The notes: generated from the letters alone by a model not told the origin. Shown: positions 38,930 through 53,351, counted from the first letter of the stretch. The stretch is DNA of 64,000 nt from Eledone cirrhosa (GCA_964016885.1 OZ024743.1:125860001-125924000); one strand, 5' to 3'. Made by a program: numbers and translations.

Positions 38930-40400
38930 TTCCAGCCATCTAAAAGTTCTCTCTACTCTGTTGAATTTCCTCATCCAAAGTAGCAAAACATGAAATTATA
39001 CTGCCTGGGTGAATGAACTAATCAACTACAGCAGTTTCTTGTCACATACAAATATTGATGGCTCATGGTAAAGATTTTGAGAAATAGGAGTGAACAAAGC
39101 TTTTGTTTTTAATTGAATTTCCTGACTGCAAGCATTTGAAAATCTATCCACAATTTCCTGCCAGTCACTTTCTGATTGTACCACCAATGCATAATCATTA
39201 GTATGAAGTAGATCCTTGACTATTGGTTTTAGACTTTATTTTGAAGTGCTGTAAGTAGAAAAACCTACTGGCTCCAAAGACTTACTGTCCTGGAAAGTAA
39301 TTATGTGTTACAGCAAAGTAGATAAAAACAAGGGCAGGGTAGGGATATCTCTTTGTTTCACTGAGGAACATGAGATTATAGTTTATCATTGGAATGTATC
39401 TCTGCTCTTGTGCCATCATGGACCTATCTCAAATTGTTTCTACTTTTGGCACAAGGCCAGCAATTACCCAGTGCATTACTGGTACTTTATTTTATCGACC
39501 CTGTAAGGATGAAAGGCAAAGTTAACCCCGGCGGGATTTGAACTCAGACTGGCAAGGGCCGTAACTCTATGCGTCAAAGCATAGTGTCCGACCCTCTACC
39601 AATACTGCCAATCCACCGGACCTATCTCAAATTGTCGACAAATTTGCATGGATAGCCAACCTTGCCTAATATAATCCCAAGTGCCTGCCTATTGATTGTG
39701 ACAAAAGCTTTTGTGAAATCAATAAACATTTAACAAAGGTGAGCACACTGTTCAATTACATTTCTCCAGTGATTGCTGTGCAGTAAAGATCATGTCCTCT
39801 GCGCCCCATCACTTTCCAGTTCTGGAGCCACCATTGGCTTTCCCCTTGAACAGATGGACAAACATGATGGCAAATGCTATTTAGAATCTTCCTAATGACT
39901 GAAAGCAATGAGATGCCCCAATAGCTTCCACATTCCCTTTTCTTACCATTATCCTTATATGATAACATCCTGATGGATAAACAATCCCCAACAAACATCA
40001 CCTGTTAGGTAATGAATAGTGCTAGTTAGCTTTTCACTTTCACGCAGAAGGATTTCTGTGGGGATTCCATCAATATCAGAGGCCTTTCCTATTCTCATCT
40101 GGCTGATCAGATTTGGTACTTCATCCACAGTAGGAGTATTATCTATTTCTTAAAAGATAGTTGATTGAGCAAGTGAGTTAATAATAGTCTCATTTATGGG
40201 GAAAGGAGTCTTAAAGTGGTCCATGAAGTTGTCATTCCAGTAAATCATAATACAGTTTTGATCACAGATATATTTTCAACCTCCTTTGTCAGCTATTGGT
40301 ATAATCTGTTGATTTTAAGGCCCATATACCTGTTTCGTCAGATCATAAAGGCAGCCACCATACTTCCTATCTGCTGGTGTCTGTATTTCAGTAGCTTTTC
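38930..40400 (-). mobile_element. Old RTE (BovB-like) RT fragment interrupted by a SINE
   Basis: YKDNGKKRECGSYWGISLLSVIRKIL, F-D-TKAF, GKASDIDGIP-E and LLHT-D-ALV remnants. Confidence 0.65.
39438..39617 (-). mobile_element. SINE family 1 copy with target-site duplication
   Basis: Flanked by the direct repeat GGACCTATCTCAAATTGT at 39420-39437 and 39618-39635. Confidence 0.9.
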
Positions 40401-41258
40401 CTGCTCATAAATTGAATTAGGGTTTTGCATATTTCATTTATTTAGATATTAGTTTTTTTGTAGATTTACCACTAGTTTTGTATAAGTATTTGAAGGTGTT
40501 TCAATATGCATCCACTCTTTACTTAAAATGCAATGAGTCAAGTGACTGTGTCAAGTTCATATACAGAGTCCATTGTTCTCTAACTCGAGAAAATGAATCG
40601 ATATAGAAGCCAGTAAAGTAGTTAGAATATCTTCAGAGTTCTTCTATCTGTTGACATTTAAGACATTTGTTTTGTGTGTAAATATTGGCAATGCATGTGA
40701 AGTATGTATTAGCAGTTTCACTTATGTCAGTCAGAATAGAACTACTGTGTGTAAAAGAAACAAAATATGTCTCATTTGTTGTGTATCATCCTCATCTGTC
40801 TGATTTTCCATGTTTGTATGGGTTGGACAGGTCTTTTCCAGTACAGCTTATCTCCATTCATTGGGTCTCTTATCATTTCCTCTGGAAAGTTTAGCATTTT
40901 GAGATCAGCTCTCACCGCCTTTGCCTATCTCTTCCTCTACTGCAGCTTCCTTCCATTGGCATTACCTAGCACTTCTTCACCCAGGATCATCATCCATATT
41001 AGCTCAGTCTTCTGTCTTGCACACTACATTTAATTCCTCTTCTATCCAGTTTTTCTCACAGCTCATCTATGCTTTGGTGCTATGGTGATGTTAAATGCTC
41101 TTTCTCAAAGTCTCCTATTATCGTTAGAGGTAAATGACACTTAGTTTCATAGTGTCACATCCTCCCAGAAGTGATACTTTGTCTCATTGAGTTCTCCTAG
41201 TTGTCATAAATTGTCTCATATATCATATGCTAAGAGAGACCTGGAGAATGAACTAGAT

Positions 41259-41718
41259 CAGAGCTATCCAAACTTTTCAGATTGGTGACACATCATCATC
41301 ATCATTATTTTATGATTGCCTTACATGCTGGCATGGATTGGATAGGTTGTCACAATCGGAAGTTTCACAGGCCAGAAATACCTCGTCATTCTCATATGTT
41401 CCATAGTTGGCATGCTTTTTTTCCTAACACCAACCACCTGGGTATGTTTTATTGTGGCACCAGCACTAACACTTTACAGTGTACTGGGTACATTTTATTG
41501 TAGTGTCAGTACTATATTAACATACTTTTTTAAAACATTTTCATGAAACATTTTTACCAGCCTTCATATCTTATATGTATGTAGAGATTTCAGATCTCAA
41601 ATACACTTCACAGCTAATTATTTGTAAAAATTGATGAGATTCGATTTAATTTTGTGACACACTCAGGGATTATAGGTGACACATTAAAATGTTGTATCAC
41701 GTAGTTTGGAAATCTTTG
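41259..41718. mobile_element. Possible hAT-type MITE with a nested RTE-tail repeat
   Basis: CAGAGCTATCCAAAC ... GTTTGGAAATCTTTG imperfect TIRs and subterminal GTGACACA motifs; no convincing TSD. Confidence 0.35.
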
Positions 41719-41788
41719 AACAAACATGACAGTTTATTGGTAACAACAAAGCAAACCGAAAACATGTGTCGATAAACATGTACAGTGA

Positions 41789-42020
41789 TTAATCCTTTCG
41801 TTACCATATTTCTAATGAAGGCACTGTCTATAATTGTTAAATATTTTTGAAAATAAGAATTTGGAGCAATTTAATAATGTAACTGTGATTTTCATTAAGT
41901 TGGTGTTAACTTAACAAAATTATGTTGGAAGTTTTTAAGATGAAAATAATCATGTTAGAACAAAGTTTTGTATTATAGAACTAGGAGTGGCTTGAAGCAG
42001 TTCCTTATCAAAAGGGTTAA
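41789..42020 (+). mobile_element. piggyBac-like MITE (~230 bp), representative copy
   Basis: TTAA-(T)CCTTTCGTTACC ... TATCAAAAGGG-TTAA termini; related copies near 170-385, 37960-38099(-), 43995-44170, 45150-45210, 45440-45770(-), 46578-47260, 51075-51529, 54860-55075. Confidence 0.65.
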
Positions 42021-45000
42021 ATTGATGTCAGAGAGATACACGTTTCAGTTTCATCTAGAACCATGCTGTATAACCATCATCATTATTATCTTCCAACCAC
42101 TTTCTATGCTGGTCTGAATTGGAGGATTGTCATATTCTGAGACATTTCTTATTCAGAGTTAATGCCTATCTAGATTGTTTAAGGACAATGTCTAGCTTGT
42201 GCATTCCATTTTTGGTATGGGTTCTAGTGCTGGATATCCATATTAATACCACCCACTTCTCAGAGTGTACTGGGTGCATTTTATTGTGGTACCAACACTA
42301 GAGCATTTGTGTTGTCCACTATAAGGCTAAAGGGTCCTCTCCATTCTTAGTTCTTCTGTGGCAAATTGGATTGAGAGTTTGAATAGAAGGGGGAGGATGA
42401 TCAAGAGTTAAAAGAGGAGAAAATAGGCTGTCATGAAAGAAGAGTATGAGTTGTGGATAGCAACAGCAAAGTTGGGGGCAGTAGATATAGCTAAGAATCA
42501 TGGGCAGCAAGGAGGTTAGTTAGTGGTAAATGGTGATGGTACTGAATATGAATGCAAGTGATGGATATCAACAGATATGGGTGATGGTAAATGATTGATA
42601 AAGAGAGAGAGATGAATATAGACAGACCCTATGTTGAAGGGTGATGGGGGAAAGAGAGAGAGGTAGAATGTTAATGATAATGGGAGTGATAAAGTGAATG
42701 GTTGATGGTGGAGGCATTGGCTATGGATAGATCAAATGCCTCAAGTAGTGAATAGGGTAACAGATGGCAGTTTAATAGGAATATAGTAGGTGACTGTAGT
42801 GAGTCATGGTGGTGGTGTTGGTGGTGCCAGTGACATTGTTGTTTCACCACTACCATGACTACCAATGTTATTTTCTAACACAACTCAAGGAAGCATTTAA
42901 ATATACATTTGAAAGCAGCCAAATCTTGTAGAGGAGGAACAGAATCCCATATGGTTTAAATGCACAAGTCTCTGATATCCAGGTGGCTAAAAGGTGCCAG
43001 CAGAAGGGCACTCAGGAATCGTGCTGCCTTAGAGTATAAGAAGTTAAGGGCTGAAATACTTGTATGGGCTGGGGCGGGGGCGTTGCTTCTTCTCTGAAGA
43101 TCTTTTGCTGTCCAGCTCTCTCTTGAGTTGCTTAATACCGTTAATTTAGCCATCTGCATTTTAAATTTGTTGCTGAACTCTTTGCTGACTCTTACCTTGC
43201 TGACTGCATTTCTGTACATAGTTTGTTGTTCATCTATTGCTAGCTTCCTTAGTAGTCACAAGATTATAGTGTGGAATTTGGTCAAAGGTCTTTTCCAGGT
43301 TGATAAACACTAAGTATAAGAGTTTACTCTTAGCTAAATACTTCTACAGTTGTCTCTTTAGATGCACTACATCACATGAAGGCTAATTTTGTTCCTAATC
43401 AGTTGTGCTATTACAGTTTCTGTAATATTAATGACCTAGTCCAGCATCATATCAGTACTTGTTTGTAAGTTATTTGGCTTTTTAAAAAAATACAGTCTAT
43501 TTCAAAGTGTCCCTGTCATTAAAACACCCAAGAAACCTTTTATGAGATGCAGCTTCATAGGAGGCCAGTTAAACCTGCATAGGCGTGAGCTGTAAATTTC
43601 CCTTTTTATCACTGAGGTCAACTATACCTGTCATCCTTCTGGAGTTGATAAAGTACCAGTCCATGGTAGTAGATTGGTGGAATTGTTAGTGATGTTGTAT
43701 ATTATTTGTTCAGGCCCTTTGCATTCTGAATTCACCTGCGATACCAATGCTAAGCTGTATCAACCCTTGCCTTTCTCTTGGGCAGTATTGGTGACATAGA
43801 GAGGAGAGATTTGCATGCATGGTCAACTGCTGGTCTTCCACAGAAAACCTTATCCAACACTGCATCTCAGAGAGAAACCTTCCAGGTGCAGATTATGTCC
43901 TCATGAGGCATGCAGAGGTTCCAAATTTCAATATTAGGCTTACATCAACATACTCCTCTTTTTCTAACCCTCATATTCTACATTAACCATTTTGCCTAAC
44001 CTTGTCATTACCTTATTTCTAATAAATACACTGCCTATGATTTTCAAATAATTTTGAAAATACTCAATTTGAAAGATCTAATAATATGACAAACTTTCCC
44101 ATTACCAAGCTGATGTTTGGAACATAATTTAACAAAGGCTCATACATAAAATTATGATGGAAGCCTTTTTTTTTTAGTATGTTTTAATATGTGTTCTTTC
44201 CACAAAGAAGTATTCTTTTGTATGTATAAAATATGAAATTATCAACTGGATAATTATAAAGTACATCTGCAAGAATGAAGAAGTTAACTACTAACTACAT
44301 GTGTTATTGGTACTTTATTTTATTGTCCCCATAAGGATGAAAGGCAAAGCTAACCTCTTTTAATTATTTATATTTTTTATATATTTGAATAAATTCTCTC
44401 TCTGAAACAATTCTCTTTGTTTCATTTAATGTAATGTATTATTAAAATTAAGATGGTAGGGATTGCCTGTAAAATATAGGTATAGGTTTTGCGGCGTTTG
44501 AAAAAATATAATGGTTCAGTAACAAATATATTTGAGAATCACTGCTCTAGCCATTTCATTATGACTTGGAGACGACATGCAACTTTACTGAAAACACACT
44601 TCTTACATCATGGTTGAGTGGCTGTGGTAGAAAGTTCATTGAACTGTAAAATTCTTTCAACAAAATCCATGCTAACATGTATAAATAGATATAAAAGAAT
44701 ATTAACCTAATTTTCAGTGTTACTGTATTTTTTATTACTATAACCTTAATCCTAGATAAAATGAACCAACAATGGAACCTCTTTGTATTTGCTTGACTCC
44801 GATCACACCCCACGGAAATAAGTCAGGCCACATTATATGCTGTAGGTTGGGTCATCTTCAGCACAACATAGCACTAGTTCCTCATGGCCTTAGTCATTTC
44901 TGTTGTGAGGTTTAGTGTTTTAAGGTTGGACTTCACAGCCTCATCCCATGTCTTCTTGGGTCTGCCTCTTCCATGGGTTCCAGCCACTGGGGTTTCTCTG

Positions 45001-46741
45001 CATTTCTTTATGCAGCTGTTATCTTCTATGCACATCACATTTCCAATATGTTTGAAAAAATAAAGACAAGATGGTAATGGCTGGAACATCTTTTGTTGAT
45101 GGGCTTGCTGGATCAGGGTTAACATCAGATAAAACAATCTTGTGGTAAAATCTATTTCTAATGAAAGACATTGCCTATGATTTTCAAATATTTTTTGAAA
45201 ACCATCAGGTATTTGGAATGATTTTGTATTCTAACTAACTTTATGAGCTTGACTGGTCTTGCTTGGAATCCAGCCAGATCAATTGGAGATGTGCTGAAAG
45301 TAGTACTCGAGGACTTTGCCCTTACGACATTCCCAGGAATAAGTGGACGAAGGGCAAAAGAAGAAGATTATACTTTTATATAAGAACCTTCATTAAATTA
45401 TCTTCTAAACATCAGCTTGATAATGAGAACGTTATTTATATTACTAAAGCCCTCCTAATTCTTGATTATTTTCAAAATTACAGGTAGTGTCTTTCATTAG
45501 AAATATGGTAATGAAAAGGTTAGCCCTTCTAAACCAAATTGCTTGAAACAACCCTTATTTCCACACTACAAAGTTGTTTGTTTTAAAGTGATTATATTTA
45601 AATTTAAACATTCCACCATAATTTTATGTAAGAAAATTTTGTTATGGTATGTTACAGACCATCTTAAAAATGAGAAAGTTATTTTACTAAATCCTTCAAA
45701 ATTCTTGTTTATTTTAAAAATTAATTGAAAATCATAGGCAGTGTATTTCATTAGAAATATGGTAACTAATATACTTCTATGGTATTAGTTGAGTTATAAC
45801 TACATAAAAAAATGATAGTTGTATGTGGTAGTGATGATATATGATCTAGTGGTTAGGGTGTTGGTCTTTATTGTAAAGGTGTGGGTTCAATTCCTCGACT
45901 GTGTGGCACATTGTATCCATAAGCATGGCACTTCACTTCATTTTGTTCTAATCCATTCAACCGAAAATTAGTAACTTTAGTTAACCTTGTGATGGTATAC
46001 CATCACATCAAAGGGGAATTTTGTATTTGCAGTTGCTTAGTGTCACATGAAACCAGGATTAGCTCCTGCCTTCATCCAACCTATGCTAGCATAGAAAAAT
46101 GGACCATTGGTGATGATGTATGTGGTAAAAATTGCAGCTTGGTAGATATTTCCATGCAAATGTGATCAAACAAAAATTAATGATCAGAAAATTCCTAATA
46201 TAATTTACACAATATATATATAATAGATATGTTGATAATGTTGACCATATAGGAAGATACAAAAGTGTTCTTTATTACTATTACATTCTATCACTACTTT
46301 ACAGGGTTGTATGAAAATACTGACAACTCAAGCAGTCAGCTGGGATGTTGTGTTTTGGGATCTTCCAAACCAAAATGAAAAATGTGAAAATAGCATATAA
46401 AGTAAAATAAAAACAAAAATTGAGAATTCTTTAAGATCTATTGGAGATCAATGGTACCCTTCAAATTTCCTTACTTCCATCCATATTCTACTAAGGATGA
46501 TTGCTTAGTGTTTGTCACAAAAATGTGTCAAGATAACTGCCAGTAATATAGATATGTTCCCTCTCTTCTAGTTATAATAACCTTATTGTTACCATATTTC
46601 TTATGAAGTACACTGCCTATAATTTTCAAATCAAGACTTTGGCAGGATTTAGTAATATAACGTTTTTAGTAATATAACGTTTATTAAACTGATATTTTAA
46701 CAAAGGTTCTTACATAAAATTATGATGGAAGGTTTTTAAAA

Positions 46742-47191
46742 TCTAAACTATAATAAAGTAAGAAGCGCGGGACTGTATACGGTTTATAATTTTTTATCCC
46801 ATTAGTAAAAGTTGGATTACTTTGAAGAAATAATGAATGAATATTACATAATTTATCTAAAAATTTTGTGGCTGTTCATTAAATATATTTTATGATTTAT
46901 TTAAAGATTCACTTCTTTAAAATTTTCAAATGTCAACACTTCCGGTGGCAATCGCTTAAATAAACATTAATTTTCTGTTACTAATTTTTTCCTAATGCAG
47001 TTTATATATAATATCGTCATTTTTTTAATGTATCATGGGTTACGTTACTGATTACATAAGACAGTGTAACGCAGATTCTCTTCAATTTCTGTGTATATTG
47101 TCAATTACGATTTTATTTGACGTATCATATCTACATGTATATATACTTGCGTATAATATCAATATACACACTACACATGCTAGCAGAAAAC
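46742..47191 (+). mobile_element. 3'-truncated copy of the same Helitron family
   Basis: Starts A|TCTAAACTATAATAAAG, colinear with the reverse complement of 53430-53898, and stops at GCTAGCAGAAAAC before the hairpin. Confidence 0.78.
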
Positions 47192-47719
47192 GTTAAAAAT
47201 TAACAGCTTATTATTATCGAAACTGGGGTGGTTTCAGATGTTTTGGTATCAGAATGGTTATGATACAATTTGAAACTTTACTGTTGTGTTTGAATTGTTC
47301 TCATTAGCTTCTATATTGTAATAAACACGTAGTCTTACATTTGCAGTTTTTTCCCATGAAAATAAAAAAAAAGTATGTTATACTTGTAAGGGTGCCAACA
47401 ATCCTAGGGCTGCTTCTTGTGTAAATATAACAAAGATTTAGCAATAGGGATATCTTTCTATAGCATTTTACACAAGCTGCTTACACATTTCATTGCATTT
47501 TCTTGTAGAACAAATTTGTTGTTTTTCTTTAATTATGATTTAAAACATTTTCAAAATTTCAATAGTAGCTGTTTGTTTCGCTTTTCATCTTTCACATGTT
47601 AAAAACTACACATAAAACATAACACTAGTTGGTGTGAATGAACTAACTATATTGTTGCTATTCAAATCAAGTTTTGCTTGAAATATTTTTGTCTAGTTTC
47701 TCTATTTATATTTATGCAG

Positions 47720-48221
47720 GTTTTATGTTCATCTTCAAATGACTCACTCAGTCATTTATATCAACATGAATATTTAACAATTCTGGGAAACCATTATGGA
47801 GATGGTCAGCTGATTACATAAGTTGGATTGGTGGCAATTCCAATGTTCACTACATTATTATTAAACTGAAAGTGAAAGTTGTCTACATTGTTATTAAACT
47901 GAAAGTGAAACTAAGATGCCAAGCCATTAGCATCTCCTTATAGTTCTATTATAGATATTCTAACAGTAGTTGCAACTGGTTTAGTCATACATTTGCTAAC
48001 GCCACACTGTCAACTGCTATCCTCTAAACATGAATTGACGCATCTATCCCAGTATTTACGATTCATACAAATAATATCTTCCTTCTTTGTACGGAATTTT
48101 GTCACTGAATATTATTTAAAATATACAACTTTCAATCAATACTAAGAAATTTTCTGTTGATGGTCAGGCTATTTACATTCAGGAACGTCAGTGCTTTCTA
48201 TACAGTTAGATTCGGCACTTT
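47720..48221 (+). other. Candidate exon
   Basis: Acceptor TTTATATTTATGCAG| at 47719 and donor TTT|GTGAGT at 48221; unique, non-repeat sequence. Confidence 0.33.
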
Positions 48222-51200
48222 GTGAGTATTATTATTATATCCTAAAAAAAAGAATTATTATTTGTTGAGTTATAATAGTTCTGTTTTTATTCTCATATTT
48301 GAACATATAAAATGAACTAGATGTGGATTCTTTCTGCTTGAATATCTTTTCATAAATCAGTTTGGATGAAGTATTGTACTTGCCAAATAAAATTGTAAAT
48401 TTAAAAGCCACTTTGATGCCTTTTGTCCAGTAATATTTAGAATTTAACTTGTTGAAATTGGTTGGTTCAACTTTATAATGATGATGGCAATGTAGATGAT
48501 GTTTACTAATGTAGTAACATAATTTTATTAAAAAACACCTTATCTTGCAAAAGGTGTCTTTTGATAAAATTATATTAATATCTACCATATGTTTATTCCG
48601 TATGGATATATTCTCTCTATAAATCAATTTTGGCTTCATTTAAAATTAGGATTGTCCATAAGATATAGGTGAGGGTTTCTTGATTTTTGGAAAATCATAT
48701 AAGGATTTCATGATAAAATTAGTCTGGAAGTTCAGTTGGTTGAATTATCTTATATACATTACTGACAAAGGGAGTGAAGGCAACATTGACCTCAATAATA
48801 TAAAATACTGATGTATAGAACTTAGTATAGGTAAACACCAAATCTAGCATTCTGCTATTTTGGCCTTCTGCAATGCTTTTGGTTGAGAGGTTGAGGATAT
48901 AACTACGACTCCTCTAGTGTTGGTGTCACAATAAAACACCCAGTACACTCTCTAAAATGGTTGGTGGTAGGAAGGGCATCAGGTCATAGAAACCATTAAA
49001 AAATGGAACATATGGTTGAGACATGGAAAGAAGATGTAAAATGATGGAGATAAAATGCAAATTATTAGATTGTAATAGAGTATTTTCAATTTCACTTCTG
49101 ACTTATAAATGTTATTATGTTTGTATTTTAGGTTGTGTTTTCATTTTTGCACATTGTGGCATAATTTTGTTACAACTCCTTCAAACATGGCTTCTTTGGT
49201 TAACTCTTTCTATACCACCAATCCATCCAAAACTGCCTGTAGTTCTATGAAACGAAATCACCTGTTTTAAATGATTCTTATTAAATTGAAATCTTTCAAC
49301 GTAATTTTATATAAGAATCTTTTGTTATGTTACAAAGGCCATCTTAATAATGAAATATTTAATCATTTTAGTTAATCCCTCTGAATTCTTCATTAAATAA
49401 TTTAAATAAAGTGTATTTCATGAGTAATATGGTAATGAAAAGGTGAAAACAGAAAATACATGTGTGCATGTGTATATCATCAATATTGACATGGAAAAAC
49501 AGCTGTAAAATGATAATGGTGATGCTTGCATGGGTTGGACTGCTCTTCTTTTGTGAGGGCTAGCATCTTAAGATCAGCTTTCATCATTCCTTCCCATGTC
49601 TTTCTTACTCTTTTTCTTTTGATGGCTCCTTCCACTAGATTGCTTGCCACTTCTTTATACAATTGGTATCTTCCATAAACATCACAAGTCTGTTTCAGTA
49701 TGTTTCTTTGCCTCTGTTAAATTAAACCATGACATCACTGCTGTTATCAGTGAGAATGATGATGATCATGATCACCATCATTTTACTTCCACTTTCCAAG
49801 TTGGTATGGGTTGAATGGGTTGTCACAATCTGAGACCAGTGCAACACCTCTGGTTTTATGACTGGAGGCCATTTTTAACATCAACCACTTTACAGGATGT
49901 ACTGTGTATGGCTTTTGTTGCACCTGCACTGCCACTTTACAAAGTGGATTGGGTGCATTTTATCTGGCGACAACACTTGCTAGGCCAGGCTGAAGAGTCT
50001 TAGACCTTTTATTGTCGCCATTTGATTGCCAAACACTAAGGCTTCCGGTTTCTTACTACATTTACATGTTGCAGTGATTGAACTGGTGGATGAGTCTTTT
50101 GTAAGATCACCAGTCAGCTTGATCCTGTGTCATCTCCTTTGCTTTTAATATTCATTTCTATAGATTTAAATATTTACATAGAAACTGAAATGTTATAACC
50201 TGATGATGTTCCCAAAAGTTAACAAGCATTTTTCCTAGTTATTTTCTTTGTTTTTTTTTTTTTTTACTGTTCAGTCATGGAGATAGGGGTTTTGCTCATG
50301 ATCCCTTTGAAGATCTCCAAGATGGTAGGAAGGAAGGTATCCTTAAGCCATAGATCTGGTTTGAATACTTGCAACAGAGCGAACTCTGTTAAAGGCAGCC
50401 CAGGGCCAGTTGGTGGTGCTAAATTGGCGGACAGATCAAGTCTACCATCTAAGAACAGTACAGGCTTCCACACACTTTGTGTTTATGAGACAGACAAAAG
50501 GAGTGACATATCTTGTCTACATATTAATGTATTAATGAAGAAATTCTAGGAGAGAGAGATAGGTTAGGTTTGGGAATTGAATAATTAAAAGAAGAAATTA
50601 GAAACTTGAAGGGTATGAATACACTGCAAATATAATGTAGGAGGGGGAAAAATGTCTTTCAATATGAATTGCTAAATTTCTGATGATGAATGATCAGTCT
50701 ATATTCTGTTATATCTCTAACCATTTGTATCATTATCATTATTTTACATCTATTTTCCATGCTTGCATAGGTTAGATAGGTTGTCAGGCTAGACAGGCAG
50801 GCCAGAGAACTGTGTCTTGCTCATATGTTCCATTCTGGCAAAGTTTCTATTGCTGGATGCCATTCCTAATGCCAATCAATTCACGGCATGTATCAAGTTT
50901 GTTTTCTCATGGTACTGCCACTCTGTGTAATAACATATAACAAAATATTTATTACTTAGTATGGAAATGAACTAGTTTTAACCATCAGAATAGAGAAATG
51001 AAAATAACTGACGTGTTTTGATCTGAACTTCCTTTGAAGTTATAAATATGCCATTTATATTCAAACATTGGAACTTAACTCTTTCATGAGCATATTTCTA
51101 ATGAGATACACAGCCAATCTGTTTCTATTAGTTTTGAAAATAATGAAGAATTTGGAGGAATTTAATAAAACGTCAAACTGTCTGACTATTATATCAAACT

Positions 51201-51783
51201 GACTGAAACTGGCCATGCTTCTAAGTTCATTTTTTTCTTGTTGACTCCATAACAGGCTTCATGTTCATCATGATGTCCTTTTTGTGGAAATGTTTTATGG
51301 CTGGATACCCTTTTTGGTGCCAATCCTTTTAGTTGTCTTTTACAATATGCACGGATATGTTATGCTTATTCTTAACTGGATATGTACAAAAGGTTTTCAC
51401 TATTTTCTCCATTAGTTTAATAATTTTCCATTATTAAACTGTTTAGAATATAACTGATAGAAAAGTTCTTACATAAACTTATGCTGGAAGGTTTTAAGAA
51501 CTCAAGTGGATTGGTACCAAAAGAGTTAATGAAATTATTTGGGATGCAATCTTATATAAGTATATTTTACACAGATATGCGAGCATAAGTTCCACAGTTT
51601 GCTTTAATTCAGTTATGAACTCCAAGACCAGTGGTTCCTAACCTAGAACTCCTTTTATTTAAGTGAATTTTCCCTGCAGACCCTACTCTACAATTCCCCC
51701 ACCACCACACAGATTGTTATTCAGTGAGAATAACAATCAAAAGAGAAATATTTATACTTAAAGAAGAATGGATATCCATAGCG

Positions 51784-52400
51784 AATAGTAATATACACGA
51801 ACGACAAAGCATAAATGAATTGAGAGAGAGACTGAGCATAAGAGGAATCAAATGCTGTGTGCAGGAGAGGCGGTTGCGTTGGTATGGACATGTGATGCGT
51901 ATGAAGGATGACAGCTGCATAAAAAGGTGCAGAGCACTAGAAGTCGATGGAAACTGCGGAGTGGGGAGACCGAAGATGACCTGGGATGAGGTGATAAAAG
52001 CCGACCTTACCCAATTACACCTCTCAAAGGCGATGACACACGACCGTGACCTCTGGCGTCATGCAGTAATACAGAGTACCCGACCTCCCATGGGTACAAG
52101 CTGAAGCATGTAGACAATATGAACCCACACCCCCCACTGCAAGGTGGTCGTGGAGGTGCCACGGCAAAAAAGCACCCAGCCCACACTGTAAAGTGGACAT
52201 GTAGGCGCCACGAAAAAGCACCCAGGACTTACTGTAAATGAGGTTGGTGCTAGGAATGGCATCCAGCTGTAGAAATCAAGCCAGATCAGTTCCTGTATGA
52301 CCAAGGCATGGTCAGCCAACCAGACACTGCCCACAACAGGACAACCCGTCTAACCCATGCTAGCGTGGAAGAACGGACGTAAAACGGTGATGATGATGAT
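51784..52400 (+). mobile_element. 5'-truncated RTE copy, same subfamily as 20085-21493
   Basis: Nearly identical to 20873-21493, including the stop context and (GAT)n tail. Confidence 0.92.
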
Positions 52401-53164
52401 AGCATGTGTATATTATGTTTTTAACAAAGTTCTTGACATTTCAAACTTAGCTCATTGACTCTAAGGTGGGAAACATTTGAAACATTATTTATACATCTTA
52501 AATTCACTTCCTCTCCCACCTAATTGTATGTATGGACCCATAACTCTTGTTTGGGATGTAGGGGTGTCATAGTGTGATATAGCCTGTCTTGGGCATTTAA
52601 ACTTGGCGGAAAGTGCATATAGATGTATAAGGCAGTGTGTTGATAAATGCTTACTGTTACAAAACAGATATAACTAATTCCAACAATAATTTTATCACTA
52701 TCATAAGTTGGCACTATAGCTTAAGATTCATGTACTAAAAATTATATATATTCTGTAGCAGGAGTGACAACATCAATTTGAAAGTGTATATAGATGTATA
52801 AGGTGATGAGTTGGCAGTTGTTAGAATGTCAGATAGAATGAATGCTTTGCAGTATTTGTTCTGGCTTTCTGCACTTTGTGTTCAAATCCAGTTGAGGTCC
52901 ACTTTGTCTTTCATCTTTTTGAGATTGATAAAAGAAGTATTAGTCCATTATTGGGGTTGATTCTTCCTCTATAAAAAAAAAATCAGCTGTATACAAACCT
53001 GGTTCCACCAGGTTTAAAATGTCCAAAGTACACTGTATGTCACAATAGTGCCCCTATGACTCCATCAGGAGTTATGGATTCATAAATATTGATGTATAGG
53101 TTGAAGGTGATTCCTGAAAATAATCTGAATATTTGGTGTTTCCATCATTTGTTAGTTTTGAAGT

Positions 53165-53351
53165 TACCATAGATACTTGTGTATAAATCACACCTTTCCC
53201 CATGAAAATAGGACATACAAATTAGTATGTGACTTATCTGCTGGATCTACAAAACCTTATATGTAAGTCAAGTACTGAACCAAGAATGTTGTATGTAAAA
53301 TGGGGGTGTGACTTATCTATCTGTGCAATTTATACATAAGTATTTATGGTT
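53165..53351. mobile_element. Tc1/pogo-type MITE
   Basis: Imperfect terminal inverted repeats TACCATAGATACTTGTGTATAA / TTATACATAAGTATTTATGGT around ~140 bp. Confidence 0.5.

Noticed and set aside
47851-47910. 33-bp tandem duplication (also a 27-bp one at ~57554-57608 and a 24-bp direct repeat at ~52609/52780)
   Set aside because: Two-copy local duplications with no further structure; ordinary slippage products.
48235-48639. 134-aa minus-strand ORF
   Set aside because: AT-rich K/I/N/F-biased composition with no recognisable motif or splice context; likely chance.
50000-50511. Telomerase RNA or RNase P/MRP RNA
   Set aside because: No CTAACCCT-type template upstream of the H/ACA-like part and no convincing P4 (CR-I/CR-V) pairing.
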